Part shown: piece by piece, positions 49,276 through 61,300 of the stretch | How the letters are laid out: each line of letters begins with the position of its first letter | Position numbering within the stretch: the first letter of the stretch is position 1 | Made by a program: the position numbers and the translations under genes | Source: Convolutriloba macropyga | Lineage: Eukaryota | Length of the DNA stretch: 64,000 bases | Assembly: GCF_964194025.1 (NCBI RefSeq) | Contig: NC_134471.1 | Span: 70,680,001 to 70,744,000 of the forward strand | Direction: 5' to 3' | The notes under the pieces: model-generated | Databases searched by the model: none | The model's input: the letters and a program-made list of their open reading frames with translations, nothing else | What the model was told of the DNA's origin: nothing

Positions 49276-52200
49276 ATGGCTGCCTACTTCAACTCTTCAG
49301 CTAATCGCAGGTCAACTGCTTCCCTATCCTCATCCTCCTCAACTGGTGGGTCTGGGACTTCACCAATCGCAACTTCGGCTATGTCCATTCCCCACAGTCC
49401 CTCAGCTCCTCCAACTGTCAGCTTCTCAAGTATTCTTTTGGCTGAAAACGAAGAAGATGATGAACTGTCCACTAGGCTGATCACTTCAGCAGCAGGTCAG
49501 TAAAAATTAACGAGCTATGGAAGTCTGGAAAAAGAAGTCTTTCAGGAAGTCAATAGGAGTAAGACGTTTAGGCGTTTTCAAGGGGCGCGAAACGGTGTTG
49601 AGAGGAGCCCAGATCGGCGACATGATTGGTTTTTTGCCATCGAAATGGAGGTCATAAGGTAGTCGATAAGTAACAAAAGAACAGCTGTTATAATCACCGA
49701 ATTTTTCTCAACTTTTTGCAATTTCCCGCCAAATCGCTACCAAGTTTTGCAACAAGTGATTAGTTGGATTCATTGTTTGAAGGAAGGAGCCAGTTAACCA
49801 CACTAAAAGATAATTCGAAATATTCAGAGGCCCCACCATTTTTTTGATAATTTTTCACTCTTTTCCCAAAACTTCAACATTTAAACTATTGCAAAACCTG
49901 TAACAATTTTGTTTTGGTTGAGACAGGGTCCCAGTTTCCAGAGCTTTTAAGGCAAAAGTTGCTCGAACTACAAAAATAATTTATCGTACACAAATCGTTC
50001 AGTGGCGCGTTCTGGGTATATATAGCTTTGTTTGTATCTGGCCTCTAAGTTTCCGCTGTGATTTTTAAGTGCTCTAGAACAAAAGTTTTAGCAACTAAAT
50101 TAGTCCTATATTCTTTTAATGCTATTTGTGACCGATTTTTCATCTGATGCTCTTAACTTTTGTCTTGAAAAATGCAGGATAAACAGGTAAAGCCGGAGGA
50201 CATTAAGTGGCTGAACACCTCTCTTAGAGCTCCACTAGTCTAAGTGTAGAATTCATCGAAGCTGCTGCTTAGAATACATAAAATCGTAGTGTAAAAGGCA
50301 GTTTTTGACCGGCTTGGACCCCCTGACTCTGTCCTCATTTTACCAGCTGTTGTCGGCCTTTGCCACATATTGCTTAAATTTCTTTCCTTGAAGTTTTCTC
50401 ATTCAGTTGATTATGAAAAGTGAATGTTTTTATAGTGCATCTTTTAATAGCTGAACAGCGATGGCTGGGGCCTTCTCTATTATTTGCTTTCTCTTGGTTT
50501 TCTACAATTCAATGAATTGTATTGGGGCGCTGTATTTTTTGATCTGTTCACACATTTTCATGATTTTTGAAGTCAAATTGGAGTAGTGATTTTGGTCACG
50601 CCGAAACAGGAAGTGGAGCGAAAATGCGAGTGATTTTTTGCGACGTGATTTTTTTGCTCGAATTTTAAAGTAGAGCGAAAAATTTGTGTTTGAATAAAAA
50701 TTCATTTTCTCGATTGTGATTTTTTGTTCGGATGCGGCAATTTCACTTCAATTTTATCCGTTTTTTTGGATTTTTGCATCACATTTTTTTCTTAATGGTG
50801 TTTTCAATCCAATTGCTGTCCAATCATGGTCTAGACTTGAGTTTACTCAATGAAAATTCCTTGAATTGTTTCAGGACTTGTCCTGCTATGTTCATTTCGT
50901 TGTCAAGATTTTTGTTACGAGTATATGACATCACAATCACTTCTAATCTGCTTTTTGTTCAGTCGTTCATGCAATTTCAACTGCGTGCGTGACGTAGTTT
51001 TTCACTCTTTTTGGAGAGTTGGAGAGAGAGTTTTTCTGTTCATTTGCGTGATTCAGTTTTTGGTCACGCGTGACTTACCTCGCTCTCAAAAATGACTTCC
51101 TGACTCTGTAACTGACTTTTCTTTACTTTAATCCAAAGATATGAGGACAAGTGAGTGCGTGCCACTCTAATTGAAAGTTTTTTGGAGAGTAGCTAATAGA
51201 AGCAGCAATAACTTATACGATTTCGTAATCGAAATATAACATTTCAGTATTTAACAAAAAATATAAAAAATTTCTCTTTGGTCTGTTTCTGTTGCTATCT
51301 TTTTGAGACTGCAGCTCTGTAAAGCTATTGCGGCTTTTTTTCTGGTAATCTGCCAGCTATATTGTTTTTTTTAGGTAGTGGATCGATTTCTTCTGAACCC
51401 GATGATCTTTCGCACAGCCAGACGTCAGTAGACGCAACACCGAAGGCCAGTATTGTCAGATCTTCTCAAAAGCGCAACGAGTTGAGGTAACAATTATTGT
51501 ATCGATTTTGAGATATTGAACAGTAGAGTAATAGTTCTCTAGAATCCGATGCTGTCAAGAATACTAAGTTTTGAGATCCTTGGAATTTACTCTGGTCGAT
51601 TGATAATTACTGATGTAAAAATTACCGATTGTAAATTGTCATATTCAACCAAGAGAAGGCGTGGAAGCTATTTCAGATATGGCATTATGCTTTTTAATAT
51701 ACTCATGAAAGTGATTTTGAGTTCGTTAATGCTGTCTCAAAGTTCGAGAGTCCAATAATCTATCCCATATCGGGCTCTAAGATTACGTATTTTCAGTTTA
51801 AGCACATTAGACCACTAATTACACAATGATTTCATTTTATGGCCTGCTGACCTCGTTTCGGTCCATTAGTTACTTGATACGTCAAAATTAACGTAAGTAT
51901 ACCATAACGGGGTTAAAATTTTCCCGGGCAGGGGCTATAATGGGAAAGACCCAAATTTTTTTTGCGTTTAGAAGTCGCCGTTCATTGTCTTGCGAAGTCC
52001 AGCAATTAGATCTTTCCCAGAGTAACGACGGAAATTTGGCCGTCAATTCTCGCAATCAACAGGCGAGGAGACACTCGTTTTCACCTGTGCAAAGTGGAGA
52101 TGAACAGATCATGCCTACAACTGCTGCCATGAGTGAAACGGGGCCTACGTCACGTGAAAAGGTAAATAGAGAATTGTTGGTCCGTTTAAGGAGGAACAAT

Positions 52201-52892
52201 TTGGTAGAACTTGCGTCTTTTTTGAAGATCTTTTCGAAATCAAGTAATAAATTCTCTGGGTATAAAGTTCTGAAGACAGCATAACATTTTGTAAGGTATA
52301 TATTTTCCTCAATCTCGTCGAATCCTGGTTTAAATAATCAACGGTAATGAGTTAAATAAGTTAATGGTTGGGATTTGGGGCTGAACTTGCTATGTGTAAA
52401 CTGTTATAACTGGAACGTCTCATCTGTAAGATTAAATGAAGTTTTATGAGCCTATTAAGCTCGAAAAAAATGACAAAAAATTGAGACAAAATATAGTTGG
52501 ACGAAGTCAGGTCTGTTGCATTAAAAGCAGCAAATAACGTGAAGATATAAGCAAACTTAGTTCTTCTTAAATTTGTCTTTTTTTGCATATATCCTCTATA
52601 TTGGTGTAATGGATCATTGGCATTTCGACAGGTGCTGAATTTTGTCATCATATCAATTGGGGTGTCTCTCTTGCTCTGCTCGCTGCCATTGCCCTCTGTC
52701 ATCAATGGATTCCTCCTCGGGATCTTCATCTCCTGTTACCTGTGCTATTTCCTGGTCGTCACCCTGACCTACCCAATGGTGATCAGTGCAGCCTCCTCTG
52801 CTAGTGGTGGAACTGCTGCCGTGAACAAAGCCATAGTACCGCCATCTGTCGCCAGGCTAGATCACAAGGAAGACGCTATTCTCAAACATGAG
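49276..52892 (+). CDS. TEX2: TEX2-like ER membrane lipid-transfer protein, first four coding exons (49276-49495, 51375-51486, 51972-52161, 52632-52892); continues beyond the window
   Basis: All introns are GT-AG with consistent phases (1, 2, 0). Ser-rich N-terminus with TVSFSSILLAENEEDDE; transmembrane hairpin LPLPSVINGFLLGI (cf. TEX2 LPLPHYVSGLFLGI) followed by LDHKEDAILK (cf. LDIKEPEILK). The PH and SMP exons are not in the window. Confidence 0.75.
50440..51362 (+). mobile_element. HINE-like family 2 copy in TEX2 intron 1
   Basis: Colinear with 10690-11440 and 11520-11870. Ends gcggcttttttt-ctggt-aatct-gccag-ctat. Confidence 0.65.
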
Positions 52893-54673
52893 GTGAGAAA
52901 ATGAGTCTAGGAGGCATTTTGAGAACTTAAAGGTTAATTGCCGCTGTTTATTCGGCTTACCGCAGTGACTTGCGAACTGTTATCGTGTAAGATGTTGCAA
53001 ATTTCTTACAAAATGTCTTATCAGCACTTATAAGATTATGCATCGCCTAACTTAGACTTAGTAAGACTTCGTATAAGTTCTTGTACAATAAAAAATTTTA
53101 GTTAGGTCATACACTAAAATTCAAATTTGTCAGATCTGACACGGTAAAAATTCGACCTCATAAATCTTACACGGTACAACTCTGCCCTACAGACTAATTT
53201 TCATCGTGAAAGATCTGATAATAAAAATTTAATTATAATTTAACTCGTTTTGAAGATATGCTGATACAAACAAATTATCAATATTTATAAAGTCATTCAA
53301 GACTACACCGGGCGGAAGGCCTGCTGGCCAATATTTCAAATTCACAGAGACAACTAATCAACAGACAAAATGAACAGAAGAAAAAGTTTTAATGAAAATG
53401 AACAAATCTCCCTATTGGAATTAACAAATGTCAAAAATGTGAAACGCAGTCCGACAGCCCCAAGACTATGGGAAATACCCTCGCTGCGCATGAGGATGAT
53501 TAGTCTATGTACAGTTCTTAAATGATCAGAATGACTTTCGAATGCTAAGTAATAGCCCTACAACAGCAGTTACTTTCACATCTTCAGTACCAAAGGGCAT
53601 CACGCCCAATCAAGGAACTCTCCAAGACTGCAGCATCAAGTTGAAAAAGCAAAATAGGAGGCAAAATTCAACACAGATTATCAGATTTATTTAAATATAT
53701 TATTAGCCAGTCAGGGAAAAGTTATGTTACGAAATTAACTAGGTGTGCCAACAGATTAAATCAAAATCCAATTGGGTGCCAAAGTTCAATTCATAAGTTA
53801 AATATTACTTAGCAGCTGTGCATAAGTTAGTTGAAAATTTTGTTTTCTAACTCAGGCAAATTTTAGGACGACAGTTTTAAATTCTTTGAAGGCTGTGTGG
53901 AGGCTAATTCAACCCGCCATTAGTGTATCAAAGAACTTTTCTGGGGCAAGGTAACAAGGAATGCTTATTCTGTTTGGCAACTGTACTGAAGTGTGCTACA
54001 CTCAGTAACACTATTTGATAATCAAAGTGCGATTCTGAGAATTTACGTTATAGTGCGTGAAGCACAAACTTGATTTGGACAAAGTCCATTTTAACGTGTG
54101 AACAAATTACTAAGTAGTTTTGAATAAACTACTATTTTAAGATCACTAACTCAAACTAAAACTACCATGACGTGATATTATCACGCCACACAGATAACAC
54201 CAAGTTAACCTTGGTAACTCTGTCGACACTGTTATCTTTATCCAATAGGATACTAGATAACCACGTGTCCGCAAGTAGAAAAGGAGCTTGCACGCTCAAC
54301 CATCAACACTTTTTGGTCCCTGATAACTTCTGATTTAAAATCATACTCCCGTATTGCTCCCTTGCTCAACCTCAACTTACTTGAGATATTTTTTAACTTA
54401 GATTATTTCGTGACTTGTTCTTAACTGAGAACTTTCTAAGTCATAACATATTAACTTAGCACAATTTTGGAAATCAGGTAAGTTTAACTAAACTTCTCTA
54501 AGTTATAATTTAACATCTCTTAAACTCTATCTAAGTTACAAGTCAACTTAGAATAATTCAACCTGTGCTATCTAGTGCTATCTCAGTCTTAATAACTTTA
54601 ACTATTCTATCCCTTCATGCTCGGTTCATATTTGATGCTGTTTAACATAACTTATTAATTCATATTTGCATTT

Positions 54674-55631
54674 AACTTTCTTTAACACTTAACTATATAC
54701 CAAGAGTAGAACTAGGGGTTGAACTCTCAAGTTATACATGTGGTCCCGCGATTAACCCCGTCGCTTAAGTATTTAATGTACCGACCAGCAGTATAAATGG
54801 TGGTCCCAGAGAGGCTACTTCAGTTTAACTTGTTCAATTAATACAGAGAGGCTACTTCAGTTTAACTTGTTCAATTAATACAGAGAGGCTACTTCAGTTT
54901 AACTTGTTCAATTAATACAGAGAGGCTACTTCAGTTTAACTTGTTCAATTAATACAGAGAGACTACTTTGATTTAACTTGTTCATTTAATACAGAAAAGG
55001 CAATCTCAATTTAACTTGTTCATTTAAACTATCAGAGAAGCCTGCCTAAATTTATTTTGTTCACTTATTATAGAGAAGCCATTAAATTAACTTGTGTAAT
55101 TTAACTATTCAAAGGGCTTCTCACTTAAATTTTTATTTGAATTAGAATTAAACTTTCTTTAACACTTAACTATATACCAAGAGTAGAACTAGGGGTTGAA
55201 CTCTCAAGTTATACATGTGGTCCCGCGATTTACCCCGTCGTTTAAGTATTTAATGTACGGACCAGCAGTATAAATGGTGGTCCCAGAGAGGCTACTTCAG
55301 TTTAACTTGTTCAATTAATACAGAGAGGCTACTTCAGTTTAACTTGTTCAATTAATACAGAGAGGCTACTTCAGTTTAACTTGTTCAATTAATTCAGAGA
55401 GGCTACTTCAGTTTAACTTGTTCAATTAATACAGAGAGACTGCTTTAATTTAACTTGTTCATTTAATACAGAAAAGGCAATCTCAATTTAACTTGTTCAT
55501 TTAAACTATCAGAGAAGCCTGCCTAAATTTAACTTGTTCACTTATTATAGAGAAGCCATTAAATTAACTTGTGTAATTTAACTATTCAAAGGGCTTCTCA
55601 CTTAAATTCTTATTTGAATTAGAATTAAACT
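54674..55631 (+). repeat. Direct duplication of a 477-bp unit, each holding a 37-bp minisatellite, in the Gypsy 5' leader
   Basis: cagagaggctacttcagtttaacttgttcaattaata at 54807, 54844, 54881 and 54918 followed by decaying copies; the whole block repeats from 55151. Confidence 0.95.
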
Positions 55632-55681
55632 ATTCCTCTGTCCTAAATAGTTTTAATACAATAACTTCAGTCCTTTAAACA

Positions 55682-57029
55682 ATGACCAGTCCTGGTGGTA
55701 GTACTCCTCCACCTGCCGTTACGCCCCCACCTGAAACTCCCATAACACATCCAAATCTTTCACTTGTATCTTTTTCAGGCAATGATCCTAATCAGGATGC
55801 CACTTCTTTTTGGAACTGTAGAAAACAAAATACTCTTTTCACTAGGAACTAGGCCTACAGCACCCGCTGCACAAACTAGCTATGATAAAAGGCAACAATC
55901 CTTATTCGGCTCACTTTTAACTGATACAGCACTAGAATGGTTTGAAAGTGAAGTCACAGATGCTACAGATTGGAATACTTTAAAAGATGAATTTATAAAA
56001 AGAGTCACAGACGGTAGAGACCAATTTAGATTTAGACTTGAGGTTGAGAACACATTCAGGCAGGAAGGAGAATTAATAAAGAACTATCTACATAGAATAA
56101 AGAGTGGAGTTGATAGATGTTGGCCAGAAAAGATACCAACAAGTATTGAAGATGATGACAATATAAGAAGGGAGAAAGAAAGACAACGAAGTCAGAAATA
56201 CATAGATTTTGCTATAAGAGGACTAAGACCACAAGGTTTAAAACGCAAAGCGCACGAGATACTTATTGAGAATCCTTCAATAACTTGGACACAGTTTGTT
56301 GATCACTTAGTCGTAAAGGACTTAACATTTTCTGTAACAACAGAACCTAATGGAGCTACAGGACTAGATAAACTTAAAACACTAGAGAGCAAAATTAATG
56401 ATTTAACCAGTCTTTTCAAAAGCAACGAAGTAAACGCTATAGATACTTCTAGGCCAAGAGACCCTAATATAAAAGGCAGTCCTAACAGTACTAGATTTTG
56501 TGATTATTGCAGAAGCAATGGTCATTCCATCTCTAGATGCACAAAGAAACATAGATGATAGTGTTAACAAATTGAGAAAGGAACTAGTTGAACCAAGAAG
56601 GCCAAATATAACATTCTCTAATGATTATAGAAAGAATAACCGAGGCAATACAAGATTCAATGTTCCTAGAAACCAAGGCTATCAACCAAGAGGTGGCTAC
56701 TCAAACTATAATCCTAGGTTCAACAAGCCTAACTATCAGCAACAAAATACATCATTTAGCAGTTATGGCAATAGATTCACTCAACCATACGAACAAACCT
56801 TCCCAAAAACACATATAGAAATAATGAACCAAATCTTGAACAACAATCACCATCACAACAGCAACAGCCACAAGGTGCTAGCTTCTATACACCAAGTAGA
56901 AATAACAATCTACAACAAAGACAATCAAAACCTAACAATATTCAGCAACAACCAAATCAAATAAGTTTCGTTGAAGGTGACGATGACTACGTAAATGCTA
57001 TAACAGACTTCTTTCCTTTAAACTTTTGA
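55682..57029 (+). pseudogene. Gypsy gag with frameshifts
   Basis: ATG at 55682 (MTSPGGSTPPPAVTPPP..FSGNDPNQDATSFW), retrotransposon gag core (ALEWFE..WNTLKDEFIKR), a CCHC knuckle and an N/Q-rich tail ending DFFPLNF*. Confidence 0.85.
57017..57023 (+). promoter_or_regulatory. -1 ribosomal frameshift slippery site T TTA AAC at the gag/pol junction
   Basis: X XXY YYZ heptamer in the gag frame, one codon before the gag stop; the -1 frame is open into the protease motif. Confidence 0.75.
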
Positions 57030-57926
57030 AGTCTCCGAACGCTACTAAAGAAAGTAGTACTAAGTCAAGAATTTACCTCAACTTATATCACTTTGCCACC
57101 GGAAATAATAGTGGTTTAGAAGTAGAGTTCATGATTGACCCAGGATCAGCTTGAACTATCATCAATCATCCTACATACCTTGCACTAGTAAACCTTGGAC
57201 AAAATTTGCATCTACAAAATACTAATTGCGATTCAAAAACATATACTGGTTCATCAATCAGAATGCTTGGCTACACAACTATCCAATCTAGTTTCGAAAC
57301 TGACGGAAAATATACAGTCTCTCATAAAGTGTTTGTCACTTAGGAACAGAGACAGAACATAATAGATATTGATTTCTGCCATTTGTTTCTAAAAGCACTT
57401 CACTTTGATATAGCCGCAGTAGAATTAAAAACTGAAAGGAATTTAATTTTCTACGGCTCACTCAACAATGAGAAAGATTATCCGTACATAACTAAAATGA
57501 CTGCTTTAAACATAAATCAACCGATCTTTCTGCAACAGAAAAGTACCCAACTGTACAAGCAAAAGCACCCCAGTCAAACCTTATTTACACCAGGAACATA
57601 TTTCATGCCCCATATTAATGTTGCAAAAACTGACCTAGTCTTTGTGAACACACTTTGTCCACAACCTGAAGAATTTCTACCCATGTTCATGGAGAATCAA
57701 ACGAATCACCCAATACAAATAAATAGAGGAGTAATAGGTTATGCTATGTGTGATATAAACGACAAACCTATACAAAGATACAATATCAGATACTGTACCG
57801 AATTTACAAGTACAATACTAAACGAAAGTGAGGATATATTACAGTTGCTTACATAACAGTTGCTTCATACTGAACACAGTAGTAAACAATTTACAAGAAG
57901 GACAGCAAATTCAAACTAATTCTTGC

Positions 57927-58343
57927 ATTAGATATGTAGATTTTCGTACCCAATCTATATTTGACTCTAATATGCCTATAGCGCACACGATATCCTCAGA
58001 TGCAGAAATGAGAGAAGGTTTTGCTAACACAATCTCCAGAAGAATACCCTTATTAAAGGACTACTGTAAAAGTAGAAACTGTGATATAGGTCACATAATA
58101 AGTTTCAGAGCAGATAATAACTTAGTATATAATCTCATCACTAAGGCTAATCATTATGAAAAGCCAACAATTGATACAATCAAAATAACGCTACTTGCTA
58201 TGAGAGATCATGCACTAGGACTAAATTTACGCTGTATAGCGATGCCAAAAATAGCTTGTGGTTTAGACGGAATGGATTGGAGAGAGATATCTTCTCTAAT
58301 TGAACAAACATTTAAGAATTCAGGAATAACTATCTATGTGTAT
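57927..58343 (+). other. TARG1/OARD1 (Poa1p-like) macrodomain, in frame with RT
   Basis: IAHTISSDAEMREGFA, VYNLITK..YEKPT and IAMPKIACGLDGMDW..IEQTF...ITIYVY match TARG1 (LAHCISEDCRMGAGIA, YYLITK..SHKPT, MPRIGCGLDRLQW..IEEVF..IKITVY). Confidence 0.9.
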
Positions 58344-61300
58344 ACAAGCAAAGATGATATTGATAAACTACAAAAAGTAGAAACCAATACACTAGATCGG
58401 GAAGAGGCGCTCGAAATTATTGAGAGTGAGTTATTAGAAAAATGCAAAGAAGATGAGAGAGAACTAGCCACAGACTTCTCTACCGAAGCCAAAGAGTTAT
58501 GTAGATCTAAACTCAACGACCAGTTTCCTAAGTTTAGAGATAAACTACAAAGCAACCCAATCATAACTAAAGCAGTTAGTGACTTTGTAATTAAGCAAAA
58601 TAGAAATACAGTTCAAGACATAGAGCATCTAGAAAGGTTCTTAGATAATTTTGATTTCACGCAAAGTGATTTGACTGATGATGAATTGTTTGAGTTGATA
58701 GAAATAATACTTCAGGATAATGATGTCTATTCACATCATAAGTATGATATTGGCAGAACTAAGCATAAGTTTCATTTACCCCTAAAGAAAGACGCAACCT
58801 TTAAAAAGCAACGACCAAGCAAAATACCCATTCATCTCAGAGATAAATTAGAAAAACTTATGGATGAATTAATTCAAGCAGGAATAATCAGAGAGCTCAA
58901 TGAAAACGATGATATGAATAGTTGGTTTGTCAATCCCGTTATCATATTACCTAAGAAGGATTATGTAAAACTAGTCATTGATGCTAGATACCTAAACTCT
59001 ATAACTGAGACAAGTAATTCTAGTTGGCCACTCGAACCACTAAACGTTCTAATGACAAGAATAACCGGAACTATATTTACAAGTAGTGATTTATCATCAG
59101 CTTATAATCAAGTACCACTAACTGAAGATACACAGAAGGTTACAAGTTTTATTGTAGGAGGCAGACAATACACCTATCAAGTAGGATTTTATGGTCTTAA
59201 GCCATTACCCAGTTTCTTTAGCAAACTAATGCGTTATGCATTTGGACCTCTTATAAAGCGTAAACAAGCCATAACATACATAGACGATACTTTATTACAA
59301 GCTAAAGATAAGCGAGAAATGTTCACAATAGTAAAAGAGTATCACTCTTTGCTTCGAAAGGCAAACCTTAAAGCAGCACCCGATAAAACAATGTTTTTCT
59401 TTCGCAAAGTAAGATTTCTAGGGCATGTTATATCTAAAGACGGACTATCGCCTATTGCTTCGCGCATAGATGATATTAGAAACCTAAAAACGCCAGAATC
59501 AAAAAACAGAGTTTTAGTAATGATGGGTTTCTATCACACCTATATTTTGAACTTTCACAAAACCTCTATATGACTTAACTAAAGATTCAACATTATTCAA
59601 GTGGTTACCAGAACACGAAAAGGTATTCACAGACCTTAAACAAAGATTCTGTCACGACATTTCTAACGCATTCCCTTCTAATGACTATCCCTTTCATGTA
59701 CATGCTGATTCATCTAATTTAGGAACAGGTTGTGTTCTTATACAAGATTTTCCTGATAGAAAACGTATGATATCAGCAAACTCGAGAGTATTTGATAAAG
59801 CTGAACAAAAGATGTCCCCTCAACATAGAGAACTATGCGGAATAATATCTGCATTACAAACATATGAATTTTATGTTATTGGATCCCCTTTTCCAATTTA
59901 CCTATATTGTGATCACAGGCCAATTCTATTTCTTTGGTCACGGCGAGGACAAATGTCACATCGTTTCTTTAAGTATCAAGTTGTAATAACTAAGTTCCAA
60001 AACTTGCAAATTATATACACTGAAGGCAAAAACTTAGCGTTCCCTGATATTCTTAGCCGAAACGTTTCTTTAGCAGATGCTAAACTTTATCAACTAGAAC
60101 TCAAAGTAATACCTAAAGATATAAAGTTTCATATTAACGTAAAAGAAGTTAACTATTCTGTATTGCATCAAGACGATAAGGACGCAACAGCTAACGACTG
60201 TTATCCACTTATTGCTCAAGTCAAAGTCGAAAGAAAAAAACTTATTAATATAAATGATGAAGGTGACTTTAGCGTAGATGATGCACCAGACTACATAAAT
60301 GAACACTGTAATGCTATACACAGTTTCTCTGATTGTTTTCGTTACGGCCCACAAATAAATCAAATAATGAAATTAACTTCAGAACTAACTAGCGAGTATG
60401 ATAATCACTACTATTCCGAGATAGAAGAAATAGCTGAAATAAGCGATGATCGAGAAGGTTACGATGATCAAGACTGGTTAGACTTAGTAGAAGGTAATAT
60501 TGAAAACTCACTTATTGAACAATTAGAATCTGCTAAAGCCGACTATATTAGACGGAAAAAATTTAAGAAACTTATTGAACCAGAAGCTTTTCAAAACATC
60601 TCAGAAAAAGATGTCCACACAGATACATTAGATTTAATAGCTAAAGTTACAGATTTTGCAAAAACGCTAATCTTGACTCTGATAATGTTCTTGAAGAACA
60701 AGTAAACGACTCCGTGATAGATAAAGTTAGAGATTGGTTAAAAGTAGGCAAAGCTCCAGAAAAGCACTACATTATTAAACAATCTAAAGCACTACAAACT
60801 TATAGAAATAATTTCAACTTGTTGTTTCTAGAGAGTCAATATGATTTACTCTGTTATTCCGAATCTTGTGAAGACGGCTTGTTTGACGTTGGGATATGTG
60901 CACCACTTTCACTATTTCTAAAAATATTCGAAGTCGCACATACGCATGAACTTAGTGGTCATAGAGCAGAAAGCACAACTTACAATAGAGTTAAGCGATA
61001 TTTCTATTGGCCCGGTATGGTTAAATGGATTGAAATGTTAATGTTAGATTGCTTAAGTTGCCAAACAAATAAGTCAGCACGCAAAGACTTGAACCATTGG
61101 GACAATTGGAAGCTATACCCCTACATACACTTCATATTGATCATAAAGGTCCTTAACGACCACTTAGTAAAGGAAATAGATTTTGTCTTGTAATAGTAGA
61201 CGCTTTCTCTAGATTTATACAAGTATACCCTAGCAAGAATGCTGAAGCTCTCGAAACAGTAAATCAACTAGAGAATTTTATAACTACATTTGGTATACCG

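Noticed and set aside
54807-55600. 37-bp repeats resembling a CRISPR array
   Set aside because: Units are contiguous with no unique spacers, there are no cas genes, and the context is a eukaryotic retrotransposon leader.
57383-57800. dUTPase in the Gypsy protease-RT spacer
   Set aside because: Only a vague beta-rich resemblance; the dUTPase catalytic motifs are not recognisable.
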